Shown: one piece after another, positions 26,501 through 40,700 of the stretch
Numbering within the stretch: position 1 is the first letter of the stretch
How the letters are laid out: each line of letters starts with the position of its first letter
NCBI GenBank assembly: GCA_025603075.1
Contig: MU626270.1
Coordinates: 62,001-126,000 of the forward strand
Origin: Neoconidiobolus thromboides FSU 785
Lineage: Eukaryota > Fungi > Entomophthoromycota
Reading direction: 5' to 3'
DNA length: 64,000 nt
The notes under the pieces: model-generated
The model's database searches: none
What the model was told of the DNA's origin: nothing
Seen by the model: only the letters and a program-made list of their open reading frames with translations
Translations under genes and position numbers: made by a program

Positions 26501-28394
26501 TAAGAATTGCACATTCTACATTAACATCACCATGGCTTCCATCTACAGTTTATCCGCCACCACCACCAGCTTTGAATAAGCTGAGGTTAGGTTATGTTTC
26601 TTCTGATTTTGCTAATCACCCACTTGCACATCTTATGCAATCTGTTTTTGGTTTTCATGATAGAGAAAAATTTGATGTATTTTTATATGCAACTACACCT
26701 AATGATAATTCGCCTTATAGGGCTAAAATTCAAAGCTCAACACCCAATTTTATTGATGTTTCAGGATGGTCAACTCAAGCCATTGTAGAAAGGATAGTTC
26801 AAGATGGTATTCATATCTTAATTAATCTCAACGGATATACAAAAGGAGCCAGAAATGAAGTATTTGCAGCAAGACCAGCACCCATTTTAATGTCTTATAT
26901 GGGGTTTGCAGGAACCCTTGGTGGGCATTGGTGTGATTGGTTTATTGCTGATCCAATTGTATGTCCACCTCAAACAGTATGCTCGGATCAATTTTTAGCA
27001 AGGGAAGAAGTAACAGATATTAAAGAAAAGTTGAGTCAAGTCGATTCTTTAGATTTAGATCCAGAAGAAGCTTCTGAATCTTGGGTATATACTGAAAAAT
27101 TGATATATTTACCACATTCTTATTTCGTCAATGACCATAGACAAGGATTTAGAGATCCAGATGACCCAGACGCTGGAGCTGATAGAATTCCATTACATCC
27201 AATGAATCGTACAAGAGAAGATCTTGAACTTGCTTGGTTACATGAGGAAGATAGAAGATGGCGAATGAGACAAGAAGTATTTCCAGGGCTTCACCCAGAT
27301 ACAATTATCTTTGCTAATTTCAATCAACTTTATAAACTTGATCCAGCAATTTACGCTGTATGGATTAATGTTTTGAGACGAGTACCCAACTCTGTGCTAT
27401 GGCTTTTGAGATTCCCAGCGGCTGGTGAAGCTCATCTTAAACGTACAGCTATGGAAATAGCCGGACCAGAAGTGGCTAATAGAGTTCTTTTCACAGATGT
27501 TGCACCTAAACACATTCATATACATCGTGGAAGGATTGCAGATCTATTTTTTGATACACCTGAATGTAACGCACATACCACTGCAGCTGATATCTTATGG
27601 TCTGGAACTCCAATTGTAACCTTTGCGCGTCATATGTATAAAATGTGTTCACGTGTAGCAGCAAGTATTGCTTATGCTACTGGTTATGGGGAGTATATGG
27701 TAACAGAAAGCGAGGAAGCCTATGCAGATCAAGCAGTTAAACTTGCATTATCTGTCAAGTATAGGTATTTGGAAGGAACTGATAATGAAAGTAAGTTTAT
27801 AATATTTACTTTAGTATTTTACTAATTTTATTAGTTGTTTTAAATCGTTTAGGTTTGAGTTCCAGCTCAAGACTCCCACCAGATAATGGAATTAAAAAGA
27901 ACCGTCGTATTGGTCATGGAGAACTCATTGAGCTTAGAAAAGCATTGTTTTTAACTAGAGACTATTCACGTTTATTTGATACACCACGATGGGTTAAAAA
28001 TTTAGAACATGGTTACCTTGAAGCTTGGAAGAGATGGGAAAATGGAACAGATGATATACCAGTTAATCTTTCATATCAAAATCCTAATGGATCGTTAAAA
28101 TCAAAAAGTGGGGGAGCATACCTTCAACCAGAATATAGAAATCATTTACAAGAGTATCTTAAAGAAAAATGGGAGAAAGGGAATACAACAGTAAGGAGTG
28201 CATGTATTTGGGTTAATGATGATGATGATGATATTTCAATTTCGAAAAGAGCCTTGAAAGAAGTCAATGCAGCCTTGAATATGACACAACGAAATGTGGG
28301 ATCAAGTCACCATTATAATAATATACCATTAAATTCTAATAGAAATGGATTGAATCCTCCAGCCCCAGAAGAATGCGCTACACCAACAGGATAA
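23581..28394 (+). CDS. OGT: O-GlcNAc transferase (TPR + GT41) with a long N/Q/Y-rich N-terminus; one intron near 27791-27854
   Basis: TPRs (YTNLGSLLKDMG, ALANLGNALKDSG) and catalytic motifs LRLGYVSSDFANHPLAHLMQS, NLNGYTKGARNE, FNQLYKLD, DTPECNAHTT and SRVAASI. Confidence 0.95.
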
Positions 28395-29469
28395 AGTCCT
28401 TTTATCATTTAGATTATTGGATATATACTTTGAATATACTATCTTTTGGAAGAAAGTCTTTGGCTTTTTTAAACTTTTTAACTTGATATTTAAAATAGCA
28501 CAGTTAAATAAGAAAAAAGTAACTTTCAGCTTATTTGTACAAATATTAAGCTAAGATCCTCCAATTCACTTTAACAGCAATTGTGGTAGGCACAATTGAC
28601 TTATATCCAGCTTTTAATTTTTACTATTTATAGAGCTTTTCACAACAGAACTTAATCCTATTAATTAACAATATATCTTTTATAATTTTGAGCAATGCTA
28701 AAACTATATCATATCTAATTATATTTAATTATTTTATACTAATAAATCCTTTTTACATTATTTAAAAATACTTGGTAAAATAGGAGGATGATAACATTAG
28801 CATAAATGGTAACTTATGTTGGAATAGTTAAAAGTTTACCGTATTATAATAATTAGAAATAGAAAATTAAAGTTTTGTTTTGAATAATTATTATAATACT
28901 TTCTTGGATACAATTTTATATCAATATTTAAATTATGAATATAGACTGCTTACTTTTATCAAACTTTAGTTTTAATCAGTAATGGAATATTGTCACTGAT
29001 TGTATGTTTTGTATATCTTTTTATAGTTCCCAATTTAATAATAGCTCTATTTAGCTTATAGCTAATCTTAATAATCTAAAGTTAAAGCGATTTTTTTTAG
29101 ATAAAAGTCTGATAGTAGTGTATTTAATATTACTATTTCAGTTTTTTATTATTAAATTAAATATTCATGAAATAAAAGTTGATAAGTAATTATATTAATT
29201 TTGAAATATTATATTGTTTTTGACTCGAATTGTATAGCTTTTTTTACATTAACAATGATAACTTTATTGAAGGAAGTACTTATTACTACCCTTTAATGAT
29301 TTACTTTATACAACATACTGCTTTTTTTATAGTTTATTTAGTTTATAAACTGACTTTTGAAATTCAAGTATAAATATTATGAAACTTAATTAGGTTTAAA
29401 AGTATATTTTAAATCTAGCTGGATTCTGTAATAAAATGTATTAAATCTATAGTCTAAGTAGTTTTGTTC

Positions 29470-29569
29470 AAATGGGGATGTATTTTTTCAAGAATTTTAC
29501 TACAATTTTTCACTCAAATAGCACTTAAAAAATGGAAAAATAACGAAACCAAAAAAAATAGTCCCAAAT
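29470..29569 (+). mobile_element. MITE copy 6 (AAAT target duplication)
   Basis: AAAT|GGGGATGT...ATAGTCCC|AAAT. Confidence 0.9.
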
Positions 29570-29879
29570 GCTAGTTGAGATTGGGTGAAGTTTATAAAAT
29601 TTAGCTCAACTTTTGATGACATTTTTTTGGAACTTTATTTCAAAATAGGCTTAAAATTAGAACAGTTGCTAAATGTTTTATGAAACTTTCCTATTGATGA
29701 ACCCCAACAGTTGAATATTTTTTAGATATTTTTTTGAGGTGGGCAATAAAGCTATTAAATATAATTTAAAAAAATTCTATTTATGCCCAATTTGAGCTTA
29801 ATGAACATTGTGACTATCGAAAAAAAATTATCATAAAAAATGGGTTGTTAATGAAATATTTAGCATTAATGGGTTTGGA

Positions 29880-30320
29880 ATAGTCATTGAAGTTATTAAA
29901 TATTTGAATGCAAGTAAATTGAAAGTCTTAAAAATTTATTTCACTAATATTTCAGACCTTAGCAGAATGCATATTACTAAAACACGGCTCAATAATTTAG
30001 TAACTTTATATTTAAAAACGGATGAGTTATCTAGAGATTCTATTACAATCAATCTTAATTTGAGTTCGAATTCAAGTTTAAAATCAACAATCAGTGGGAA
30101 AATTGATTTCAATATTTAATACTTTAGTGACAGGGAAGTTCAAAAGTATAACTTTATTTGTTGACCGTAGTGAAATTATTTTATATCGAAAAAGTTCGAT
30201 ATTGAGCAATTATTTGATAACAATTAGTTTATAAGAAATTGAACTTCAAAACTTGAAAAATAAAATTCAATTCAATGTAAATCTATTAAAGAAATAAAAT
30301 TAAATCAAATTGTTTGGATG
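29880..30320 (+). pseudogene. Decayed LRR-like ORF relic A
   Basis: LNASKLKVLKIYF...NNLVTLYLKTDELSR shows L-x-x-L-x-L periodicity, followed by stops. Shares motifs with relic B. Confidence 0.35.
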
Positions 30321-30749
30321 TATTACTTAAAGAATTTTGTTACTTTTTAACTCACTCGTTTATAAATAATAAAATATTCAAAATAGCATATTTTTATTAA
30401 CATGTATTGATACGTTTAAATATAAATTAAATATACCGCTATTGTTTGTTAAATTTGAAAACATATCAGTATTGAGTTAAAGTAATATCAACAAATTGTT
30501 TATTACTAGGTTTTGTCTTTTTTAAATAGCTTTTATTTTTTTATTGATATCTTTTTATTGATATTTGTAAAAATGAACTGTTGTTTTAATATTAAAAGAA
30601 TAAAATATTTATTAATTTATTTTTTACATAATAATCTCGAACTCTTAACTGCAAAAAAGAAACTGTGAAAGGCTTCAATTCAAAAGTAGTTTTCAAATAA
30701 ACTAAGTCTTGAAAGCTCATTACGTTTTAATTTTCATTTTATATTTCAA

Positions 30750-33700
30750 ATGGAAAAAGAAGGACCAAGAGCGCCCAAGTTTAATTCATTTAATGTCAAT
30801 TTAGTTAAAGAAAAAGAAAGGGAAAGGGAGGAGGAAATTAAAAGAGACAAGAAAAAGAAAAAGAGGGAGAAGGAAAAAGAGAAAGAGAAAGAGAAAGAGG
30901 AGAGATATGATATTAGGGAAAGAGAAAGAAGATATGATGAAAGAGAAAAGGATGAAAAAAGGGATAGGAGAAAAAATAATAGATATAACGAAAGAGAAAG
31001 AGACAGAGATAGGGAAAGAGATAGGGAAAGAGATAGTAGATATAGCGAAAAAGAAAAAGAATTAAGATATAGGGAAAGAGAAAGAGAATTAAAGTATAAA
31101 GAAAGAGAAAAAAGATCTGGGGATAAGTTTGAAAAAAAAATAAAGCAAACAAATCAAGAATTACCAATAGAGTAAGTTAAAATTAAAGGGATAATAAAAT
31201 TCACATTAAATTATTAAATAATAGATTAACAAGAGATTATGATTGTAGTATTGATTTATATGGGGATAAAGATAATTTAGTTTATGGTAGTATTTATAAG
31301 TATAAAATACCCACTTATAAAAGATTTGGTAGTAAGTTTGGTTGCTGTTGGATGTTTTAAGTCATTTAAATTTATTCTTTAGAAGGGTTTATTTTGGGCC
31401 TAAATAGAAATTTGATTATTGATGAGATTCAAAGTAAGATTAAAGGTAGTATTGTTTTTAAACAAAAGAGTAAAAAGGTAATTAATTATTGTAATTCAAT
31501 TATTATCATAACAATGTTGATTATTTTTATTAGGAAATGAGTCGATACATAGATATTAAAATTGATGAAAACAAAAATTTATTTAATATTAAAAAGTGAG
31601 TCAATTATATTATAATATTTTATAAATGCTTATCTTTGTTTAGTTTAAAAAAATCAACGGAAAAGAATGAAACTATTTTAGATTATGATTATGGATTTAT
31701 TAAATTTCAACCAGACGAAGAAGTATTAATTGATAAACAAAATGAAGAATACGATCCTATTAAAAATAAAATTAAAGAATTTGAAACTAAATTGACAGAG
31801 GTAAATAAATTATTATTAATGAACAATGATAATAACAATTTATTTATTTATTTATTTTATATAGAATAATAAAGATGTTTCATTATGGTTAGAGTATTGT
31901 GAATATTATGAAAAAACAAATTTAAAAAAAGATTTTAAAAACAAACGAATGATATTAGATATCCAGTTAGCCATGCTAGAAAGAGCATTACAGTTTAATC
32001 ATGGGAATGAGCAATTAATATTAAAATATATGAAATATGGACAAGAAATTTGGGATTCAACAACAATATTAAGTAAATGGGAAAATTATTTAATTCAATT
32101 TCAAAATCAATATGAATTAATATTTCATTATTTATTATTTCGTTTAAGCTATAGTAATCAATTTAATGTTAATGAAATTATTACTTTGTTTCAATCAAAA
32201 TTCAATCAACTATTAAATTTAAGAAATGATAGTAATTTTATTAAAATTGATCCGATTATTTTTAAATCTATTATTTTATTAACTAATATGCTAATACAAG
32301 CAGGTATTTTCAATAAGAAATTATTATAAAGTAAACAAAATGTTAATAATTCAACTTATTTTAGGATATAACGAGCTAGTAATAGGAATTTATCAAACAA
32401 TTATTGAATATAATTTATTAAATCCAGATTTATCAAATTATAATAATAATATTGATAAAAAACAATTATTTAAAATATATTGGGAAAAAGAATTTAATCG
32501 AATAGGAGATTTAGGTAGTGGTGGATGGAAGATGTATTTTAAAGAAAAAATAACACCAAATTATGGAAAAGAAGAAGAAAATAATAATTTATATTTACCA
32601 ATAAGATCAACGAATGAATTATGGAAAAAAGAAGGAGATCCATTTAAAGTAATATTATTTGAAGATATTGAAGGATTTATTATACAATTTAAATGTTCAA
32701 ATACAATTTATAATTTATTACAACATTTTGTTACAATATTGATTTGTCCTTTTTTTAATATTAAATGTACTAATGAATTACAATCAAATGATGATTCAGT
32801 TTCATTAAATCATTTTTTTAATATGGATAAAGTATTAGATAAATTACAATTTGATAATTTTGAAATACAGTTAAATGTTGATGGGGTGATTGATAATAAT
32901 AATAATAGTAATAATAATAATAATCAAAAATTGGAAATTCCAATTGATATGATTCCTAATTCATTTTATATACTATTAGATGCAAACAAATCAATGTTTA
33001 ATTCAAGATTAAATAATTTAGAATATTTTAAGTTTTCAAAGTAAGTTAAATGATAATAATTACTATTATTTATTAATATTTTTATTATTGTAGAAGAGTG
33101 TTATTAAAATGTTTTGATATTGATCCAAGTAATTTATTATTTATAATACTTTATCTTAAAATAGAAGAATTGTTTGGGGCAAAAGAAAAAATAAATTCAA
33201 TTTATAAATCTCAATTAAAAGAAAACAGTAATCAAATATTAATGTGGTTAGCTTATATTGATAATTTATGGAAACAAGGAGATTATAAAAAAGTAATTAA
33301 TATAATATAATATAATATAGTTTGAAATAAATATATTTAACTATTTTATTTTATTTTAGGCAAGACAGCGATTTGTATTATTATTGGAATATTATTATCA
33401 AAATCCAACTCATTATAAAGGATCTATTACAATGATTTATTCTCATTGGTGTAAATTAGAATGGAATTTAAATAATACAAATCATATATTAACTATTATT
33501 TATTGCTATATACATAAATTAGTACCTGAATTCAATGAAAATTATGAAAATTATATAAAATTAATAACAAATATTGATATTGAAGAATTAATACAAGAAT
33601 TAATTGGACGAGAATATAACCTATTTATGACTAAAGAAATAGATCAAATTAGTAATTATTGTTATTTAATTAGTATATTAAAATATCTTAAAGGTGGGAT

Positions 33701-34367
33701 GGATGAATATATGAATTATATTGAAAGGAATTTAGAAAGTATTAATAATATATTTGGTAATAATAGAATATTAGAAAATTTAGGAATGCTTTATTTTAAA
33801 CAAATAGAACAATTACAATTAAATGAAAAATACTATAGTATTAAACAATATAGAAAATTAGTAGGTTTTACATTAAAACTCTATCCTAATAATAGCTATT
33901 TTAATACTATCTATTTGAAGTTAGAAGATAAGACTAAGTTAAATTGTAACGTTATAAACTATTATTTTAATACAAAACAATATTCAAAATTTAATTGCTT
34001 CAATGGATTTTATTCTATTTTTATAGCAATCAATTATTGTAATGATCAACATCGAGCAATTAATTGTTTAAATTTGTTATTAAATAATAATCAAAATAAG
34101 AATTTTTATTTATTTTGGATTATTTTTATTAAAGTACAAATATTAAATGGAAAAGACATTAAAAATTCAATTTATTCAGCATTGTCTAAGGCTTTCTATT
34201 CACAAGGTAATATGAGTTATTGTTATGTATTTATATAATTTTATTTATTATTTTTATTTTTAGATTTATTTAATTTTATATTAAATCTTCCATTGAATTC
34301 TGAAGATTATAATAATTTTACTAATTTAGCTATTGAGTTAGAATTAAGATCTTTTTTATTAAAATAA
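30750..34367 (+). CDS. NRDE2: NRDE2/Nrl1 (HAT-repeat, MTR4-associated RNAi/splicing factor) with an RE/RD-rich N-terminus; multi-exon
   Basis: N-terminal PKFNSF, GDKDNLVYGS..YKIPTY, LERALQFN, GYNELVIGIYQ..IEYN, DPFKVILFEDI and C-terminal IELELR. These match NRDE2-family blocks. Confidence 0.85.
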
Positions 34368-34493
34368 TAACAAATAAATAAATAAATAAATAAGTGAAAT
34401 ATTTATGTAAAAAAAACAAACTAATTGAGAATTTTATTATTAAAAGAAAAGTAAATTTATTAATACTTTATTATACTTTCTCAAAAAAATGAT

Positions 34494-35927
34494 TTATAAT
34501 TTAGAAGTATATTCAGCAATCATAGAAATAAGAGCAGCACCTACTCCAGAACCATCTTTAGTAATAGCAAACTGAACATTATTACAATTATCAATACCAA
34601 GTAATTGATCGCAAGTAGAATACATCCATTCAGGAAAATTAGGAAAATGCTCAAACACAGATCCATCTACACCAATAATTACTTTATTTTTTAATAATTC
34701 TGGTCTTTTTAATAATACTGCAGAACATGCTGTAGCTGCAAATTGTGCTGCACGATAACCTATTAATTCTGCTAATTTTTGAATTAAAATCAATTCATTA
34801 TATGGAATTATTTGTTCTGGATGATCTTCTTTTAATATTTTATGAACTATATCTAGTTGTTTAGTTTCATCTGTTAACATTTTAGATAATATAGCTGTAT
34901 CAATACCACCATGAATATCAAATGCTTTAGGTAATTGAAATCCCTTTAATAATTGTTTTTTACTATATAAATCTTTTATAATAATACGAAAGATTTCTCC
35001 TAAATAAAAACCAGATACTGTTTTTTCAAAAATTTGTTGATTTGGATTCCATGTATTTTGATCAATAATTTCATCATATTCATTTAATGGTAATACTTTC
35101 TTGTCATTATCAAAGGCTCCCCATTCCATATTAATAGCCATTTCTTTAAATGCGCTATATTTACCTTTTAACTTAGGAATATTTTCCATTTTTTCATAAT
35201 AAGCTGCATTTGTACCAGTACCAAGAATAAGTCCAATTTGAGTTGTTGGATTTGAATAAGATGATGTAATTAAAGTACCTACAGTATCATTAACAACAGC
35301 ATTGACTGTAATTGGTACTTTTTTTAAATCTAATGCTGATTGTAATAAACTTACAACTTCTTTACCAACAACCCCTGGATTTTCAAATCCTTTAGTCCAA
35401 CGAACTAACTTACCTTCATTTAATGAAGTCATATTAACTGGAAATGAAAAAGTAAACCCTAAATTTAATGGTTTATGAACTGCTTGAATAGTACCATCTT
35501 GAATATGTTTTTGTAAAAATTGATGAATAAAATCAGCTATAGTAGAAAATAAAATACTTCCATCTTCTTTTAATTGCTCATTACTAAATTTAAATATATC
35601 ATAATTTAATTCTACTTTTTGACTACCTTGTAATTCAATTAAACAAATTCGACAATTGGTACCACCAAAATCTAAGGCTAAATAATGACCTGTTTCATTA
35701 CCAGTGGGACGAGCAGTAACATAAGAGGGTACCATAAGTAGATTACCACCTAATCCTTGCAATCCTAGATCCATTTCAGAATGAAATTTAGGTATCAAAT
35801 TTTTTAATACTATTTTAGATATATTAAATTTAGCTTCAAAACTAGTGAGTAGAGAAGATTGTTCTGGAGTTAATACATTGGCTGGTACAACATATTGACG
35901 GGCTGGTTTTTTTGGAATAATAGACAT
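34494..35927 (-). CDS. HXK: Hexokinase (intronless)
   Basis: LALDFGGTNCR, LGFTFSFP, WTKGF, VNDTVGT, GTGTNAAY, INMEWGAF and DGSGVGAAL. Confidence 0.96.
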   Translation of the reverse strand: MSIIPKKPARQYVVPANVLTPEQSSLLTSFEAKFNISKIVLKNLIPKFHSEMDLGLQGLGGNLLMVPSYVTARPTGNETGHYLALDFGGTNCRICLIELQGSQKVELNYDIFKFSNEQLKEDGSILFSTIADFIHQFLQKHIQDGTIQAVHKPLNLGFTFSFPVNMTSLNEGKLVRWTKGFENPGVVGKEVVSLLQSALDLKKVPITVNAVVNDTVGTLITSSYSNPTTQIGLILGTGTNAAYYEKMENIPKLKGKYSAFKEMAINMEWGAFDNDKKVLPLNEYDEIIDQNTWNPNQQIFEKTVSGFYLGEIFRIIIKDLYSKKQLLKGFQLPKAFDIHGGIDTAILSKMLTDETKQLDIVHKILKEDHPEQIIPYNELILIQKLAELIGYRAAQFAATACSAVLLKRPELLKNKVIIGVDGSVFEHFPNFPEWMYSTCDQLLGIDNCNNVQFAITKDGSGVGAALISMIAEYTSKL

Positions 35928-36241
35928 CTTAATTTATTTTTGAAGTTTAAAAAATTGATTAATTTATTGATGTGGGGTTGTATTTATATCTTTTTTTTGA
36001 AGAATTGAAAGGTTGAATGCAGATTGGTAGATTTCCTGTTTTTACTGTTTTATTTTAAAGAATTTTTAATGATTGGTAATAATATTTTAAGGGTGATGTC
36101 ACCTTCCTCAATTCTTTGAATTGTGAGTTGACCTTTTTGAGACTGTTGAAAATTTAGAAGATTTAAGTTTAAGATTAGGTAAGGAATTCATTTAAGTTTT
36201 ATGCTGATTAATAAAGTTTAAAAGTTTCTAATAAAATTAAG

Positions 36242-36347
36242 ATATGAGGATGTTTTTTTGACTTCATCACTTTTTCTATCTTTTAAGTGCTACTTGAGTG
36301 GAAAAATTGTTAGTAAAATTCTTAAATACAAAAATACATTCCCATAT
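36242..36347 (-). mobile_element. MITE copy 7
   Basis: ATAT|GAGGATGT...ACATTCCC|ATAT. Confidence 0.92.
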
Positions 36348-36696
36348 AAAAATTTGAGAGAACTTAATAATTTAAATAAATTATATATATAGCATTTATT
36401 TATTCACTTTTGCTGATGAACTCTCCCCTCTCCTTATTAAGATCTAAAAAAGAACATAATTCCGATTAAATAATAACAATAAATAATATGAGTTCCAATT
36501 ATTATATAAAGTTTCTAAAATCCAGAACATTATTATAAATCAATCTATTTAATAAATTTTAGGTTATTTTATTTGAAGTCACACCCGCATATCAGCTTTC
36601 TATCGTAATCTTTTAGTAAAAAACAAGAACTTCAAAAACTGACAATCAAGCCCTAAATTATTTGTAAAACAAACTAAACACATTTATTTTATTTGA

Positions 36697-37431
36697 TTAC
36701 TTTTTTAATAACTTTCTCATTCTATTAAAACTAGGTTCAATCATTTTTTTGGAACAATAAGGGGTTAATGTAGCCGACAATACCAATCTTAATGGAGCTA
36801 AAAATTTAACTAAAGTATAAGCGAACAATAAATTATAAAAAGAAGCTAAATTAGTAGTAGTAGAAGTAGTAATGGGAGTAATGGAACTATCGTCCTTGGT
36901 ATTGATACTCTTATTGTCATCCTTATTATTATCCTTGTCATAAGTTTGATCGATATCATTATTAATTCCTTCAATCATTTGGTTATCAAAATTCATTCCT
37001 AAATATTTTTTCAAAACGTAAAGCGCCTTCTTTTCTACTGATAAAATCAATTCTTGATTAAAATAGAACAAAAAATCTTTAGCATTGATATTATTCATTT
37101 GGAATAGAAGATAAATAATAATAATAGGTAAAATGGCAGTTAATTCATGTAATAAGAGAAAAGTAAACAGGTAATGACCAGGTTTCTGTTTAAATTGATC
37201 ATAATAGTATCGGTAATTCTTTTTTATCGGGGAAGAGGGAGGGGACTGAGGGGACGATGGTGATGGTGATTGAGTAAGATTAGTATGATGAGTTGAATAG
37301 GAATGTAGTGATAGAATTTTCGAGATAGCAGGCGAAGACTTAAATAATAAACTTGATCTTAGAGGTGAAATTTTATAGGAAATTTTATTAACTTTTCTTA
37401 TATTGAATGATAAACTTTGTTTTAATAACAT
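36697..37431 (-). CDS. MRX11: Mitochondrial Mrx11-like protein (FLILHELTA family)
   Basis: Basic, Ser-rich presequence-like N-terminus (MLLKQSLSFNIRK), signature FLLLHELTAILP and AYTLVKFLAPLRLVLS. The second Met is the more likely start. Confidence 0.75.
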   Translation of the reverse strand: MLLKQSLSFNIRKVNKISYKISPLRSSLLFKSSPAISKILSLHSYSTHHTNLTQSPSPSSPQSPPSSPIKKNYRYYYDQFKQKPGHYLFTFLLLHELTAILPIIIIYLLFQMNNINAKDFLFYFNQELILSVEKKALYVLKKYLGMNFDNQMIEGINNDIDQTYDKDNNKDDNKSINTKDDSSITPITTSTTTNLASFYNLLFAYTLVKFLAPLRLVLSATLTPYCSKKMIEPSFNRMRKLLKK

Positions 37432-37505
37432 TCCAATGTATTGATTTATTACGTTTTTTAAATAAAAAATGATTAAATAAATCATTTATTTTAATTTTAA
37501 TGTAG

Positions 37506-37518
37506 AGGGTGACGTCAC
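37506..37518. promoter_or_regulatory. CRE/ATF site (TGACGTCA) in the divergent MRX11/HUL4 promoter
   Basis: AGGGTGACGTCAC. The near-identical AGGGTGATGTCAC sits at 36090-36102, upstream of HXK. Confidence 0.45.
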
Positions 37519-37766
37519 TTTAAAGGAATTTTTTTATATTAGGATTGAGTTACATTAATAAATTGGAGATTGTAAATAGTAGTATATATTTTATTATTAA
37601 TTTATTATATTATATTATATTATAAATATTTCTATTTCATACTTATGTTTTTTGATTAGTTTTGTATTATTGATTAAATGATAGTGGTGTAAAATTAAAT
37701 AGGAATTATTTTATTAAAGATCAAGTATTTTGAATCAAAATAATTTAATTTTTCAAAATATTTCAA

Positions 37767-40700
37767 ATGAAAGAGAATAATGAAATCGAGAAAAAAGTAA
37801 TTATTAATAAACATATCAATAATAAATTATAAATTAATAGAAATTTTATATTCAAATAGACATATTTATATTGTCTATGTTGTAATGGGTAAAGCATTTT
37901 TTTCAGAAAATTAATAATTTATATACTACTACTAACAATATTTATAGAAAACTCAAGAATTCTAATAAATTAAGTTTTACATGTTGTTTATGTTATACTG
38001 TGAATGATTTGGCAATAATCAAATCAAACAATTGTCAATTAGATCTAACTAAATATAACGATGGAATAATAGGTAAACTTTTAATGTTTCAACTTATTAA
38101 TAAAAGAAACTAATTAATCATAATGTATAGAATTAATGAATAAATTAAATTTAAAGAATGGATTGAGTGTAAGGAGTATACAGTTATTGATGGATAATTT
38201 GAGACAAAACGAGGAAATTGAACAAGAGATGCTTGAATTTATTAAAGATTATATCAAATTTAATTTTTTAAATTTAGATCAATTATCATTGGCCTTTAAT
38301 AATGTAAGTTGATTATTTTACTTTTATATTGTTTGTTTATTACAATTATTTTATAGCGAAAAACATCAACAAAACGAGAAAGCGGAATTAATTTTTTTGA
38401 TGTAGAAGAAGGATATAGATTGATTATTAAAGAAATGGTGAGTTTATAAGAAAATATTGTTCAATCAAAGAATAGGATTAAATAAAACTATAATTTTTTA
38501 GCCAACAACAGTAATGGAAACAATACTAGATTGTATTAATAAATTATTAAAAAGACCTGGAAGGTAAGTAAAAAATAATAAGATGTATTTTTTATATAAA
38601 AGTATATTAAATAATATACATATTTTTAAGGCCATTAAAACGTAAAAGAGATATTAAATGGTTATTGATATTATTATTAGTAATTAATTATTATATATTA
38701 AATTATTTTTAATCATAATATTTACTATTGTTTGTATAATTAATCATTTATAAATAGAATCCAAAGTTAAGTGAATTCAGTACAAATATAAAAGAAGATA
38801 AAAATAATCAAAGAACAATTGAAATAATAACACGAATTATGGGATTAATTTGTAATTTGAATGATAGTTTACACAATTATTTAGTTTATTGGATATTAAA
38901 GTAAATATAATATAATAATACATTACTATATTAACTTCTTTTATTTGTTACTCTATAGTTGTAATAAAGTCCAATTGAAATATATCATTGAATTAAGTAA
39001 TAAATATATAACTTATTTATTAAAAACAAATGAGAATGAAGAATATTTGACAATTAATCAACGATTAATGTTGAAAAATAATAGTTATCAATTTGATTGG
39101 AGAATTATTTCAGCTGCTAGAGTTATGGGTTTATTATGTAAGTAAATAGTAATAGTATATAAATATAAATATTAAAAACAGGATATAATATAATAATAAT
39201 AATATAATAATAATAATAATAATTTTTAATTTTAGTTTCAATTAATAATATTAATAAATTATTACCATTATCTACATTTTATAATAGTACTGTGGATTTT
39301 TTAGATCTTTCATTAGATTATGACAATTGGAGAAATAGAAATAGGTAGTTTAATATTTTTTATAATTATTAATATTGACAAACATTTATTTGATATTCAT
39401 TTGTGTATTACTTGATTATTTATTTTATTTATTTATTTGTAGTTCTTTTTCTTTCTGTCAATATCCTTTTTTAATTAGTATGGGATCAAAAGTATTAATA
39501 TTAGAATTAGACGCTATTAGGCAGATGAAAGAAAAATTAAAGGTAATTAAACAATCATAATGATAATAATGATAAAGAAGTATATTTTTGATTTTGTTTT
39601 TAATTAGCAAGTAATTCATTCCATATTATTTCAAAACCAAGCAAGCACTCCATTTCTTTGTTTAAAAATAAGAAGAGAATACTTAATTGAAGATTCACTA
39701 AATCAAGTAATTTAATTTCAATTTTAATATTAATCAATTATTCTATTTAGTATATTAATTATTAATTTAGTTATCTAAACATAGTAAAGATTTAAAAAAG
39801 AAATTAACAATTAAGTTTATTGGCGAAGATGGAATTGATGCGGGTGGTTTAACTAAAGAATGGTTTATGTTATTAATTAATGAATTAATGAATCCGAAAT
39901 ATGGTAAGGAAAATATTATATAATAACATATAATAACATATAATAACATATAATAACATATAATATAAAATATATAATATACAATGGTTATATTATTAAT
40001 TTTTAATTTTAATTAGGATTATTTTATTATGAAAAAACAAGCCAATATTTTTGGTTTAATATGAACTGTTTAGAAAATGAGCAAAATTATTTTTTATTTG
40101 GAGTGGTAAATTAATATTAATGTTTAATAATACTAAATAATATAATATAATAATAATATAATATAATAATAATATAATATAATAATAATATAATAATAAT
40201 ATAATATAATAATAATATAATATAATAATAATATAATATAATAATAATAATTTATTTTTATTTTAGATTGTTGGATTAGCCATTTATAACTCTACAATAT
40301 TAAATTTACAGCTACCAACTGCTTTATTTAAAAAATTATTTAATATTGAATTAGATTTATTAGATTTAAAGTGTTATCAACCGGTAAGAAAACATTATTA
40401 CAATAGAATGTTTTATTTACTGATTATATATTCCAGTTAATTGCTAATAATTTAGAAAAATTATTAAATTATAATGAAGATGATATAGAAGATATATTCA
40501 ATTTAGATTTTACTTATTGTTATAAAAGATATGGTAAAATAATAACAGTTAATTTAATTGAAAACGGAGAAAATATAATGGTCAATCAAAAAAATAAAGA
40601 TGGTAATTAATAACAGTATATTATACTACAAGATATATACCATAATATAATAACATTAATAACATTTATTAGAATATGTAACTAAATATATCGATTATAT

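Noticed and set aside
34494-35927. Intronless hexokinase as a retrocopy or horizontal transfer
   Set aside because: No poly(A) tail or TSD, and other genes here (OGT, A-T-R) also have multi-kb exons.
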